Below, one piece after another: positions 1 to 12,699 of a stretch of 64,000 nucleotides of DNA. The position numbers and the translations under genes are program-made. Each line of letters starts with the position of its first letter. Position 1 is the first letter of the stretch. This DNA comes from Octopus vulgaris (lineage: Eukaryota): NCBI GenBank assembly GCA_951406725.2, contig OX597835.1:23622001-23686000 (forward strand), given 5' to 3'. The notes beneath the pieces were generated by a model, which saw only the letters and a list, made by a program, of their open reading frames with translations, was not told the origin of the DNA and searched no databases.

Positions 1-251
1 ATATATATATATATAAATAACAATGCTATCATTTCATACCAGCTCTTTGAAAGATCAATATATAATCTACAATAATCTGCTTTATATGAGATTGTGATTT
101 GTTAAATTAGGTCTTTGATATTTTTGCAGTAAATCAGTTCTCCTTGAATTGAATAGAAATTACATAAATTCTCTCTCTCTCTCTCTGTCTCTCTCTCTCT
201 CTTTTCTCATATATATATATATACATATGTGTGTGTATATATATGTATGTC

Positions 252-318
<67 letters not shown>

Positions 319-322
<4 letters not shown>

Positions 323-452
323 AAATGTGGACATGATTTGATGATGATGATACAAACATACATACACACAAATATATATATATATGTATATATATATATT
401 GTGCGTATGTATGTTTGTATCATCATCATCAAATCATGTCCACATTTCCATA
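319..452. repeat. Near-perfect local palindrome centred on a (TA)n tract
   Basis: ATGGAAATGTGGACATGATTTGATGATGATGATACAAACATAC... at 319 is the reverse complement of ...GTATGTTTGTATCATCATCATCAAATCATGTCCACATTTCCAT ending at 451. Confidence 0.9.
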
Positions 453-1334
453 CTTGCATGGATCAGGTGAAACTCGTGGAACCAGATTTTTCCATGGTTG
501 GATGCTCTTCCTGTTGCCAACCTTCACCTCTTTCTAAACAAGGAAATATTTCCCCTCATCCTTTGAACAACAAAACAGTTCAACAACCGGACATGTTTTT
601 GTGGAAGCTTGTAAACAAATCAAGTGACAGTTTGTATGGAATGTGCGTTTGTTTTCAATTAGAATACAAATGCCAAAACAAGACAAACACACACACACAC
701 ACACACACACATGATTGCGTAGTTGAGAAGTTCATTTCCCATCCGCATGGCTTCATGTTCAGTCCTACTGTGGCACACTGGGCAATTGTCTTCTACTATA
801 GCACCAGGGTGACCAAAGCCTTGTGAATGGCTTCAATAAATGGAAACTGAAAGAAGCCCTATCATCATCATCATTGTTTAACATCTGTTTTCTATGCTGG
901 CGTGAGTTGGATGGTTTGACAGGAGCTAGTCAGATTCTAGTTGTCTGTTTTGACATGGTTTCTATGGCTGGATGCCCTTCTTAACACCAGTCACTTTACA
1001 GAGTGTGCTGGGTACTTTTTATGTGCCACTGGCATGGATATGTTTACATGTGTGTGTGTGTGTAGAGTGGTGTATATATGCAGTCAGAATTCAAATTCTC
1101 TCAAGATCAACTTTGCCCTTCATTCTTCCAAAGTATCAGCTAATTGCTGGAACTGATTCATATAGTAATCCCTAAATGTGGTGGAATTATAATAGAAAAC
1201 AGAACCATGTTATCTAATGTGACTTTTCTTTACAAGATACTTGGCTGTCATTTGGGGGTTTTAGCTGCTACTTCTAGCAGGTGATGAGAATAGTTTAGTA
1301 ATACAATGTTTCTTAACCAAACTGTTATTATCCT

Positions 1335-1549
1335 TTAACCTTTTAGTACTTAAACTAGTCATATCCATCCCAAATATTCTATTTGTTTTATGTTTGAACA
1401 GGCCATTTCTGGCCTCTCACACCAACCCTACAATGTCATTTTAAAGATATACAACCACATCATTGAAATTTTGAAGCTGCAAGATGATACAGGATTAATC
1501 CAAAACAGTGTGAATATATAAGTATTACTTTTTAATGCTAAAGGGTTAA
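1335..1549. mobile_element. piggyBac-like MITE (related copies 6081-6204 and partial ~13560-13672)
   Basis: TTAA on both flanks (1335-1338, 1546-1549); termini CCTTTTAGTACTT...AATGCTAAAGGG; second copy TTAA-CTCTTTAGC...AAAGGG-TTAA. Confidence 0.7.
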
Positions 1550-1599
1550 AAAAAAAGAGGACATCATGTTTTAAAATCCTGTAGCCTAGACTAAATGAA

Positions 1600-1938
1600 A
1601 AAAAGGACCCCCTTCTGGCATGAATGACCATGGGATTGCACCTAGAAAGTTACCCTTTGAGGCACAAGTCCAGGCAAGGTTGCTTATGAGAAGACCAGCA
1701 CTCACCCATGCATACCAGCCTCCCCTCTTCATGCCACCAATGTTATACAAGGGAAAGGCAAAGGGGCTGATACAGCTTGGCACCAATGATGTCACAATTC
1801 ATTTCTACAGCTGAGTGAACTAGTGCAATGTGAAATAAAGTGTCTTGCTCAAGAACACAACACACAGCTCAGTCCAGGAATTGAACTCACTACCGTGTGA
1901 TTGTGAGCCCAATGCTCTAACCACTGGGTCATGCACCT
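1600..1938 (-). mobile_element. tRNA-derived SINE with CORE-like domain (family F)
   Basis: A-box/B-box head on minus strand followed by GTGTTCTTGAGCAAGACACTTTATTTCAC; CCTAGACTAAA repeated at 1585 and 1936; homologous plus-strand copy at 62432-62770. Confidence 0.8.
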
Positions 1939-2414
1939 AGACTAAAAAGGCTTTCACAAAAAAGATGCCCACAGCATCTTTGTTGTGAAATCTTTATTGT
2001 TCAAATTCCGCCATGGTTGACTTTGCCTTTCATGCTTTTGGGGCCATTAAATTAAGTACCAGTTGCATACTGAGGTCGATCTAATCGACTGGCCCCCTTC
2101 TCCCACCAAAAATTTCGGGCCTTGTGCCTAGAGTAGAAAAGAATAAAAAACGCCCACAGCTAGAAACACTGTTTGTTAGGTAACATCTGGTATCACAAGT
2201 CTGACAACTTTAACTATCATGTGATAATATACTGATTAGGACCACCCAACTACAACAATAGCAGTGGCAGCAGCAGTGACATAAACAGAATAAGTTAACG
2301 AAAGAGCCTCTACGCTTGTGCTTGATCTGTTGGAAATAACAGCTGAATCTCCTTCAAATTGCAACCTGTTGTCTTGAGAGTAAAAAATGAATATGTTATC
2401 TTTTATCTTGTATT

Positions 2415-2860
2415 TTTTTACTTGTTTCAGTCATAAGACTGTGGCCATGCTGGGGCACCACCTTTAAGAATTCTTTTAGTTGAATGAATCAGCCCCAGTA
2501 CTATTGGTCTATTGGTCCTTTTTGCTGAACTGCTAAGTTACCGGGATGTGAACACACCAAGACTGGTGGTCAAGTGGTAATGGGGGACAAAGACACACAA
2601 ACACACACATGTGCATGCATGCACACACGCACACATGCACATGTACATATACACATATATGTGTGCATACACACATGCACACACACACACACACATGATG
2701 GGCTTCTTTCAGTTTCCATTTACCAAATCCACTCACATGCCTTTGGTTGGCTCAGGGCTATAGCAGAAGACACTTGCCCAAGGTGCCATGCAGTGGAACT
2801 GAACCCAGAACCATGTGGTTGTGATGCATGCTCCTTACCACAGAACTACACCCGCGCCTA
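2415..2860 (-). mobile_element. tRNA-derived SINE family A, CpG-decayed copy (others ~3700-4020, 8878-9250, 9714-9960, 10670-10818, 22741-22870, 29165-29290, 39745-40100)
   Basis: Matches the intact copies at 31836, 33240, 35117 and 51087: tRNA-like head, ACCTTGGGCAAGTGTC, (CA)n linker, tail ending ACTGAAACAAGTAAAA. Confidence 0.85.
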
Positions 2861-2995
2861 TTAGATGATGTAGTCCTTACATACTCCTGAAATAGATGGG
2901 ATGGTCATTGCTGGAATACCCCCAATAATGAGACTAGCTAATAAATCAGGGATGATCTGGAACTAAACATTACTGCCAACGTCACCACCACCACC

Positions 2996-3026
<31 letters not shown>

Positions 3027-4017
3027 GCTACATCAGCAAAAAAAACCTAATCTTTTTGCCATAGCCCCTGACCCACTTCCACTTCTCTTCAATTCCAGGG
3101 GTGGGATCTCTCACCCCAACCTCTATAGATGATACATTAAAAAAAACTATTAAATCTGGGATTTAGAGTCTTAATAGGATTATCTCTCGTTTGTTGATAT
3201 CAGCGTAATCTTTCTCCCTCTCCTCCTCAGTCTCTCTTCTGCACACAAACACATACACACACACACGTATATACACATAATATGCACACACACATATGTA
3301 TCTGCACATACACACACACAAAGTGACACAGTTAAATATTTCTAAAAAATCAACAAAAAACACAGAAGTGCTTATTGATCCAGTACTCATTTATTTATGT
3401 GGATGTGAGACCAATCTCCTCCTGGATCGGATGCCAGACTTGAAAAGCAATCACTCCCAGAAGAAGTGGTCATCAATTTCACAGTTTCCCATACTTACCG
3501 AAAAACTGGCAACAATATCAATAGGGCTTTCATTAATATCATCATTTTTTTGTTGTTTTTTTCTATAGTACTTTAAAAAATCACCACATTGTCCAGTCCT
3601 TGTTGTGGTGTGATGGCTTGCATGCCTCAACAATCCTTACAGCTATGCTATTGAACTAGAAGCTCCTAGCAGGGCTTCCTATGCTGGACAGTCTATTCTT
3701 TTATTCTTTTATTTGCTTCAGCCATTTGACTGCGACCATGCTGGAGCAGCACCTTAAAAGGTTTTTAGTCAAAGAAATCAACCCCAGGACTTATTCTTTG
3801 TAAGCCTAGTATTTATTCTATTGATCTCTTTTAGCAAACTACTAAGTTGCAGGGTTGTAAACACACCAAAATCGGTTGTCATGTGATGGTGGAGGCAAGC
3901 ATAGACACATAAATATATGCATACATACACACACACATGCACACACACACATACACACACACACACACAGTTATGACAGGCTTCTTTCAGTTTCCATTAA
4001 TCAAATCTGCTCACAAA

Positions 4018-4051
<34 letters not shown>

Positions 4052-4056
<5 letters not shown>

Positions 4057-5232
4057 CAATTAAGGAACGGCCATAATAGGCCATTCACCCACTAGAAATA
4101 ACAGCCAAAGCTTCCACCGCAAATAAAGATCAATTCCGTAAACAGGAGAAAATTGAAAAACATTTACCCTGTAATTTCTTGTACGATATCGTTTCATCTG
4201 TTGTTTAATGGTAAACTAACCTGATTAAATTAAATCAAGCCAATCTTCCATAAGCCCTCAGATTCTTCAGCAAGAAATAGCTCAAGTCGGAACAGATATT
4301 TACACGAGGCATACCCAATCCTGCCAAGGCAATATCTGACCTAAAATTTTCAAATCGTCGCACTCGCATCAAATTTATCGGCAGCAAATAAATCGTCGAT
4401 TCCATTACGGAATTAACCAAAAAATTCATAATTAATCAATATAGGGTGGAGGAAAATTCTGCAGAATTTTTTTGCCACCAGCGGCCAGTGGGAAAAAATT
4501 AAATAGTCATAGACCATTTTTAAGTTCAACATTAACAATTAAGGAACGGCCATAATAGGCCATTCACCCACTAGAAATAACAGCCAAAGCTTCTACCGGC
4601 TGTTATTTCTAGTGGGTGAATGGCCTATTATGGCCGTTCCTTAATTGTTAATGTTGAACTTAAAATGGTCTATGACTATTTAATTTTTTCCCACTGGCAG
4701 CTGGTGGCAAAAAAATTCTGCAGAATTTTCCTTGCCACCCTATATTGATTAATTATGAATTTTTTGGTTAATTCCGTAATGGAATCGACGATTTATTTGC
4801 TGCCGATAAATTTGGCGCGAGTGCGACGATTTGAAAATTTTAGGTCAGATATTGCCTTGGCAGGATTGGGTATGCCTCGTGTAAATATCTGTTCCGACTT
4901 GAGCTATTTCTTGCTGAAGAATCTGAGGGCTTATGGAAGATTGGCTTGATTTAATTTAATCAGGTTAGTTTACCATTAAACAGCAGATGAAACGGTATAC
5001 CGTACAAGAAATTACAGGGTAAATGTTTTTTTAATTTTCTCCTGTTTACGGAATTGATCTTTATTTGCGGTAGAAGCTTTGGCTGTTATTTCTAGTGGGT
5101 GAATGGCCTATTATGGCCGTTCCTTAATTGTTAATGTTGAACTTAAAAATGGTCTATGACTATTTAATTTTTTCCCACTGGGCGCTGGTGGCAAAAAAAT
5201 TCTGCAGAATTTTCCTTGCCACCCTATATTGA

Positions 5233-5240
<8 letters not shown>
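4052..5240. mobile_element. Tandem plus inverted array of a 480-bp unit between (TA)n tracts; Penelope pseudo-LTR/retrozyme-like
   Basis: Unit start TTAACAATTAAGGAACGGCCATAATAGG at 4052 and 4532; reverse-complement units from ~4598 and ~5081. The ORFs 4235-4429(-) and 4755-4949(+) mirror each other. Family assignment is inference. Confidence 0.75.
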
Positions 5241-5270
<30 letters not shown>

Positions 5271-6225
5271 GCAGAATGTAGGATTTTTTATCAACTAATG
5301 TAATGTAACAGGCTTGTACTATGAGTGTTTAGTTTGGCTTACTACTAAAACTCTGGCTTAAACTGCAACTGAAGAGTGTAGTGCTGAGACTGTCTATCAT
5401 AGGTGGCTAGAAGTGGCTTCTCCTTGAGCAGGTAGATATCAACGTAAAAAATGAAAAAACAAAACATTTGGCATCACTCGGAAAAAACATTTAATTTAGA
5501 TAAAAAAATATAAACATATAGAGTCTCTTACAGCTGTATATATGTTTATATTCTTTGTTTAAATTGAATTTTTTTTTTCTTTGAATGCTGTGAAATGTTC
5601 TGCTTTTTCATTTTTTACTTTAGTCTATACATCATCACCATCATCATCATCATCATCATCATCACTATCATCACCATCACCCCCATCATCGTCGTCGTCG
5701 TCGTTGTTGTCGTTGTCATCATCATCGTCATCATCATCATCATCATCATCATTTAATGTCCATTTTCCTTGCTGGCATAGGTTGGACAGTTTGACCAGAG
5801 CTAGCAAGTTGGGGTAGCTGCCCCAGGTCCCAGTCATCTGTTTTGGCTTGGTTTTGGCACAAGGCCAGCAATTTCAAGAGAGATGGGCTAAGTTGATTTT
5901 AATCGAACCCCCCCCCTTCCAATACTCGACTGGTACTTATTTTATCAACCCCAAAAGGACAAAAGGCAAAGTCAGCCTCAGTAGCATTTGAACTCAGAAC
6001 CTAAAGACGGATGAAATACCACGGAGCATTTTGCCTGGTGTGCTAACAATTCTGCCAGGTCACCATCTTAGCTATGTGTGTTAACTCTTTAGCTTTCAGA
6101 TTATTCTGTCAAATACAACGCTTATTTATTCATATCATCTGATATTAATTGTGCATTATCATGAAGCTTCAAGGTTTCAATGATATAACATTGTAAAGGG
6201 TTAAATATTAAGTATGTTAACGCTA

Positions 6226-6260
<35 letters not shown>

Positions 6261-6459
6261 TTTATCTTTCTTCCTTTGTTTCTGTCTTTGTTTCTTTCTT
6301 CTTTCTCCCATTCCTCTATCTTTCCTTCCTTCTTACCATTTCTTTCTTTCTTTCTCAACTACTTAAAGCTCCCTCTATTAAATACATTAACATTAACTTA
6401 CCTGTCTGTGTGTCAGTCACTATCTACTCTAACCCATGTATATATATGTGTGTGTGATG

Positions 6460-6511
6460 TATGTGTGTGTAAAACATATACACACACACATATACACATA
6501 CATAAATACAT

Positions 6512-6543
<32 letters not shown>

Positions 6544-6731
6544 GTATATACACACACATATACACATACATAAATACATACATACACACACACACACACA
6601 TATATATGTATATACACACACACACATATACACATACATAAATACATACATACACACACACACACACACATATATATGTATATACACACACACATATACA
6701 CATACATAAATACATACATACACACATGCAT

Positions 6732-6765
<34 letters not shown>

Positions 6766-6795
6766 GTATATATATATGTATATACACACACATAT
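6460..6795. repeat. Compound (CA)/(TA) microsatellite with higher-order periodicity
   Basis: Recurring block CACATATACACATACATAAATACATACA...CACATATATATGTATATA. Confidence 0.9.
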
Positions 6796-7087
6796 CCCTT
6801 GAACATAAATTTATTTCTAGTTAGTTTCCTAATGCTTTCTTCTGTATTAAATCTGTTAACACTGTTCTTCTTATTTGCCTGTATATTTATCTATTTCTTT
6901 GTTTCTTGTTAGCTTCTAAATATTCTTCGCATTAAATCTCTCACTAACTAATTTTCCTATCTTTACATCTATCTCCTGACATATATTACTAGTTAACCTT
7001 TTTTGTTTGGCCCCCATCTATAAAACATGTTAACACTGTCTAAATGGAGGTCTGACTTGCACTACACCCATGCCAGTCCTCTTTCTG

Positions 7088-7325
7088 CCACCACCACTGC
7101 AAACACAACCACCACCACCACCACCACTGCTGTCACCACCACCACCACTACCACCACCACCACCACCACTGCTGTCACCATCACCACCACCGCTGTCACC
7201 ACCACCACCACCGCTGTCACCACCACCACCACCGCTGTCACCACCATCGCCACCCCCACCGTCGCCACCACCACCAACACCATCACCGCTGTCACCACCA
7301 CCATCACCACCACTATTGTCGTCAT
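7088..7325. repeat. (CAC)n / GCTGTCACC trinucleotide-based repeat
   Basis: Visible directly; explains the poly-T, poly-P and poly-V ORFs. Confidence 0.95.
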
Positions 7326-7554
7326 CATATAATGTCCACTTTTCCGTGGGATGGATGGATTTTGTTGAGGCAGATTTTTTTTAATGGCTGGATACCCTTT
7401 CTGTTGCCAACCATTATCTGCTTCCAAGCAAATTTGATGAAGTTTAGATCTCAGGAACAGTTTGATGTCTTGCTGAACAGTCAATGGCATAGGAAAGCAT
7501 AAAGATTGCAGTTGTAGTTGATTGTAATTGTTAGCTGATACGGAGGACTGGAAG

Positions 7555-7890
7555 CCATTGTTTAACGTCCACTTTCCATGCTAGCATGGGTTGGACGATT
7601 TGACTGAGGACTGGTGAACCAGATGGCTGCACCAGGCTCCAATCTTGATCTGGCAGAGTTTCTACAGCTGGGTGCCCTTCCTAATGCCAACCACTCCAAG
7701 AATGTAGTGGGTGCTTTTACGTGCCACCGGCATGAGGGCCAGTCAAGTGGTACTGGCAACAGCCATGCTCAAATGGTGTTTTTTACACGCCACCTGCACA
7801 GGAGTCAGTTCAGCATCACTGGCAATACCTCGCTTGAATGTTTTTTCACATGCCACTGGCACTAGTGCCAGTAAGGTGACGCTGGTACTG
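7555..7890 (-). mobile_element. SINE-like 3' module ending in (GAT)n (family G; copies ~860-1035, 5745-5860, 7325-7430, 12420-12595, 56577-56900, and 59565-59775 on +)
   Basis: Shared GGC(G/A)TTAGGAAGGGCA(T/C)CCAGCTGTAGAAAC...CCAACCCATGCTAGCATGGA...TTAAACGATGATG. Confidence 0.8.
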
Positions 7891-8377
7891 ATCATACTCA
7901 AATATTGATCTCAAATATTGGCACAAGGCCTGTAAGTTATGGGGAGGGAGTAAGCCAATTACATTAGCCCCAGTGAGCAGCTGGTTTCTATTTTATTGAC
8001 CCCAAAAGGCTGAAAGGTAAAGTCGACCCCAGTGGTATTTGAACTCAGAACATAAAAACATGAAATGCTGCAAAACATTTTGCCTGGCACAATAACAATT
8101 CTGCCAGCTTCCCACCATGAACCACACTGTATCATGATGATTCATGCCCAGGTATCAAAATGCCAACATCATGACTGCTGCTCAATGCTATGTGAACACT
8201 GTAAAGGCTGTAAGGCATGACATGGATATCATGGAAAGCAAGTCTCCCCAAACTGAGTGGTCTTTAGGTGCATCTCCATGCCCCATATCTTTGAACAAAG
8301 CCTTAAGAAGTGGTGTAGTTAAAGCGTGTGTTGCCCCCAGGCCCCCACAAAATACACATATTGCACAGTGACAATAT

Positions 8378-8608
8378 TTATTTCTTTACTACCCACAAGG
8401 GGCTAAACACAGAGGAGATAAACAAGGACAGACAAAGGGATTAAGTCGATTACATCAACCCCAGTGCGTAACTGGTACTTAATTTATCGACCCCGGAAGG
8501 ATGAAAGGCAAAGTCGACCTCGGCAGAATTTGAACTGGGAACGTAACGGCAGATGAAATACGGCAACACATTTCGCCCGGCGTGCTAAGTTTCTGCCAGT
8601 TCGCCACC
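8378..8608 (-). mobile_element. tRNA-derived SINE family B (Meta-domain-like), inserted in a decayed MITE (~8309-8773)
   Basis: GTCGACTTTGCCTTTCATCCTTCCGGGGTCGATAAATTAAGTACC resembles the MetaSINE central domain; tail ...TTAGCCCCTTGTGGGTAGTAAAGAAATA. Confidence 0.85.
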
Positions 8609-9030
8609 TTATTGATTGTTCATTTAACAGTGAATAGTGTCCATGTCCCAACATTAAAACCACTATTATTTGATTTCAATACAGCCTATACAGCAGACCC
8701 AAAAGTGATGCCACCCCCATAAAAGTGCTACCTGGGGCATACCGTCCCCTCTGCCCAACTCTAACTATGCTTATAGCCTTAGGCTCAATTCAGACGGCTG
8801 TGTGAAGCTGCTGGAACCTGCGGTCAAATCCTGGCTGTGTGACAGCAGGATTTGGCTCCTTGCCATACCACCAGAACATATTGACCCCAGGACTTATTCT
8901 TTGTAAGTGTAGCACTTATTCTATCGGTCTCTTTTGCCGAACTGCTAAGTTATGGGAACATAAACACACCAACATTGGTTGTCAAGCGATGGTGGAGGAA
9001 CAAGCACAGACATACAAATACACACACACT

Positions 9031-9082
<52 letters not shown>

Positions 9083-10256
9083 CATATGATGGCCTTCTTT
9101 CACTTTCCATCTACCAAATCCACTCACAAGCTTTGGTCAGCCCAAGGCTATAGAAGAAGACATTTGCCCAAGGTGCCATGCAGTGGGGCTGAACCCGGAA
9201 CCATGTGGTTGGGAGGCAAGCTTCTTCCCACACAGCCACTCCTGAGCCTATTTAAAATGCTTTTATTTTTGGGTGAGATATTGTGAGATATTTTCTTTTC
9301 CTTTCATGCAAACTGTCAATTTAGCCCAAATACTCTGTATATACAAGGCACGAATCAAAAAATAATGCCAATAAAACCTGCACTACTTTCTGACCCATCC
9401 TCATATTTGAAATATTTAAAAATATTTTCTGACCTTTAAAAAGTTTTCTCTTAAACATCTTTTTTTGCAAATTATGTCTTGATAATCAGCATCTATTTTT
9501 GACATCTATTTTAACATTCTTAAGTGGGAATGGTGCAATTGTTGCTTATGTAAGTGCAGACAAGTCAATGTGGTTAAGATGTTCACTTCACAACCCTTTG
9601 GGCCCAGGCTCTGTGCAGCACCTTGGGCAAGTATCATCCATTGAAGCTCTGGGCCAACCAAAACCTTGTGGGTAGATTTAGGAGACAGAAAATGAAAGCC
9701 TGTTGTATATATATTTTATCTTTTACTTGTTTCAGTCACCAGACTGTGGCCATGCTGGGGCACCACCTTGAATTTTTAGCTGAATGAATCAACCCCAGTA
9801 CTTCTCGTTTTTTTTTAAGAAGTGGCACTTATTCTATCAGTGTCTTTTGCCAAACTGCTAAGTTACAGGGAGACAAACACACCAACACTGGTTGTCAGAT
9901 GGTGGTGGTAGTGGAGGGCAAAGACAGACACAAAGAAACACACACATAGATATACATACATACATATATACATATACATATATATAAATGGCGGTGCCCC
10001 AGCATGGCCACAGCTCAAGAGCTGAAACTGGAAAACATAAATAAACATAAAATATATATATATACACACACACACAAAATAAACTTATTGTTAACAAAAG
10101 TCAGGATGTGTGGCATTCAGTTATTCCATAAATAGAAAATGCATTAAATACTACAAAACGTAGGACATACATAGAGACCCTAATTCTTCCTCAATTATTG
10201 GGCAAAAATGCTAATACTCTGTTTCGTGCCTATATATATATATATATCTATATATA

Positions 10257-10430
10257 CCGGAGTAAACACATAAATGTGAAACAAGGTGGAAAAAAGAGTA
10301 CTCAAATACCAGTGGTAGAGTAATATGCTTAATTTTAAGCAGCAGAAAATTCAACAAAACCTGTTACTCGGCAACGGGAAACTCAGAGTAACAGGTTTTG
10401 TTGAATTTTCTGCTGCTTAAAATAAAGTAT
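10257..10430. mobile_element. (TA)n-flanked foldback fragment, Penelope-like, carrying the 3' half of a hammerhead (same family at 40568-40745)
   Basis: Inverted arms TTTTAAGCAGCAGAAAATTCAACAAAACCTGTTACTC; CG-GCAA-CG-G-GAAA-CTCAGAG-TA at 10369-10390; 5' part matches 40568-40636. Confidence 0.6.
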
Positions 10431-10587
10431 ATCTATATATATATATATTATGGAGATGTACTTGCATAGCGAGTGACTTGATCTGAGATCGTGTGCTGGA
10501 AGGAAAACAATTGCAGCGTGGAAGGTGTTTATAAGCCATTTAAGAAACACACAAAACCGTTAGATTCACTTCAACATTTAAATTTAA

Positions 10588-10638
10588 TTTGTCAAAATAT
10601 TTTCGTTGCTTTGAGACCGCGACCTGTTCACTGACAAA
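10588..10638 (-). ncRNA. Type I hammerhead ribozyme-like motif with G3:C8 core variant
   Basis: Minus strand: TTTGTCA (stem I) GTGAACA (core) G GTCGC-GGTCTCAAA-GCAAC (stem II) GAAA ATAT T T TGACAAA (stem I'). Confidence 0.6.
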
Positions 10639-10879
10639 ACTTCTTGCTGCATCATATATATATATATACAATGAGCTTCTTTCAGTTTCATTTAACAAAT
10701 CTACTCATAAGGCTTTGGTCAGCCTGAGGCTATAATAGAAATTGCCATGCAGTGGGACTGAACATGGAACCATGTGGTTGGGAAGCAAGCTTCTCACCAT
10801 ACAGCCACACCTGCGCCTATATATCCATCTATCAATCGCTTTCTCCCTCTTTCTCCATATATATATATACATACATATA

Positions 10880-11170
10880 TCACCGTGACCGACCAGGCTA
10901 TCTGATGCTGTTACACATCGCTGGTCACAATGCGCTTTGCATTGTTTTAGCCTTCAAGTGACGCCACCCCGCTGGCTAAGCGAGCAGGCCAACAGAAGAA
11001 AGAGTGAGAGAAAGGTGTGGCGAAAGAGTACAGCAAGGATCGCCACCACCCCCTGCTGGAGCCTCGTGGAGCTTTAGGTGTTTTCGCTCAATAAACACTC
11101 ACAACGCCTGGTCTGGGAATCGAAACCGCGATCCTCCGACCGCGATTCCGCTGCCCTAACCACTGGGCCA
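10880..11170 (-). mobile_element. tRNA-derived SINE family C (variant tail)
   Basis: Head TGGCCCAGTGGTTAGGGCAGCGG...GGTTTCGATTCCCAGACC shared with 15905 and 18940. Confidence 0.85.
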
Positions 11171-11193
11171 CATACATATATATACTTACATAA

Positions 11194-11424
11194 AGGCGGC
11201 AAGCTGGCAGAAACGTTAGCACGCCGAGCGAAATGCTCAGCAGTATTTCGTCTGCCGTTACGTTCTGAGTTCAAATTCCGCCGAGGTCGACTTTGCCTTT
11301 CATCCTTTCGGGGTCGATAAATTAAGTACCAGTTACGCACTGGGGTCGATCTAATCGACTTAATCCCTTCGTCTGTCCTTGTTTGTTCCCTCTATGTTTA
11401 GCCCCTTGTGAGCAATAAAGAAAT
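11194..11424 (+). mobile_element. SINE family B, full length (others ~2000-2145, 5855-6070, 7915-8117, 31388-31619, 35831-36045, 40205-40400, 57100-57500, 62950-63180)
   Basis: GGCGGCAAGCTGGCAGAAACG head, GAGTTCAAATTCC B-box, Meta-like domain, AATAAAGAAATA end. Confidence 0.9.
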
Positions 11425-12272
11425 ATATATATTACACACACACACACACACAAGCATTTCCTCTCAAAAGGCATTGATCAGCTGGAGGTAGTAGTAGAAG
11501 ACACTTGACCGTGGTACTGTCGGGTGGGATTGAACCCAAAAGCACGCAACTTACAAAGTGATGAAATATCAAAATACGCTTGAATGGCGGGGAGCCAAGA
11601 TACAGAACGTATCCAAAGATTCTGTTTTAGCTGAATCATTCTTATAAGTAGGAACAGTTTGTTCATTGAAGCTCTGGTTTATTTACAGTTTGATGACTGT
11701 CCTATTTGGTGCTGACCATTCAACTGTGAAATAAATACTGTGCGTGACAGAGACGACATAATCGTCTTGTTTACTTCTGATAAACAGAATGGGTATATGT
11801 ACGTGTGGCACATGTGGTGTGTGTGTGTTTGTGAGAGCGTATATGCATGTGTGGGTGGCTGTTTGTGGACGAGTGCATGTGTATAAGCGTATTAATGCAT
11901 GAGTGTGTATACATAAGTGCTTGTATGAGCATGTGTGTATGTTTGTATATATGTGTGAGTGTGTGTGTGTGTGTATGCTTGCTTGCATAAGTCTTTGTAT
12001 GTTTGTAAATGTGTGTGTTTGTGAGTGTGTGCACGCTTGCATTAGTGTTTCTGTGTTTGTATGTGTGTGGGTGCAATGTGTGCGTGCTTGCATATATATG
12101 TATATATATATGTGTGATGTGTGTGTATGGACATGTATGTGTGTGTATGCTTATGTATGTATGTGTGTTTGGATATGTATGTATGTACACATGTCTGTGT
12201 GAGTGTAGACGTGTATGTGTGTTTGTGTGTGTGTGTACACACGAATGCTTGAAAGTATGTGTCTATATATAA

Positions 12273-12354
<82 letters not shown>

Positions 12355-12699
12355 GTGCAAAACGATCTTCTTAGCAACACAGCCATGTCTATGTTAGAGA
12401 CGATTAAAGAAGGCAAGGATTTTACCATCATCTTTTATACTGGCATGGGTCAAATGGTTTGACAAGACCTAACAGGTTTGAGTACCGCATCATGCTCCAA
12501 TGTCCATTTTAGAATGGCTTCTATGACTGAAAGCCCTTCCTAATGTTAACCATGTTATAGAACGTACTGGATTGTTATTTTTTCATGGTACCATAAAGAA
12601 ATTATATTAATTTTGCTTCTGTTAAGCTGTACGTAAAAATAACCACAAACAAAGATGTGTTCGAGTGTTGTTTATTGTTTATTAAGGATCTACAACAGG

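Noticed and set aside
4235-4949. Twin 64-aa ORFs on opposite strands
   Set aside because: Consequence of the inverted repeat; no recognisable domain.
7027-7490. Mucin-like poly-Thr and extensin-like poly-Pro ORFs
   Set aside because: (CAC)n repeat open in several frames that runs straight into a SINE tail; no splice context.
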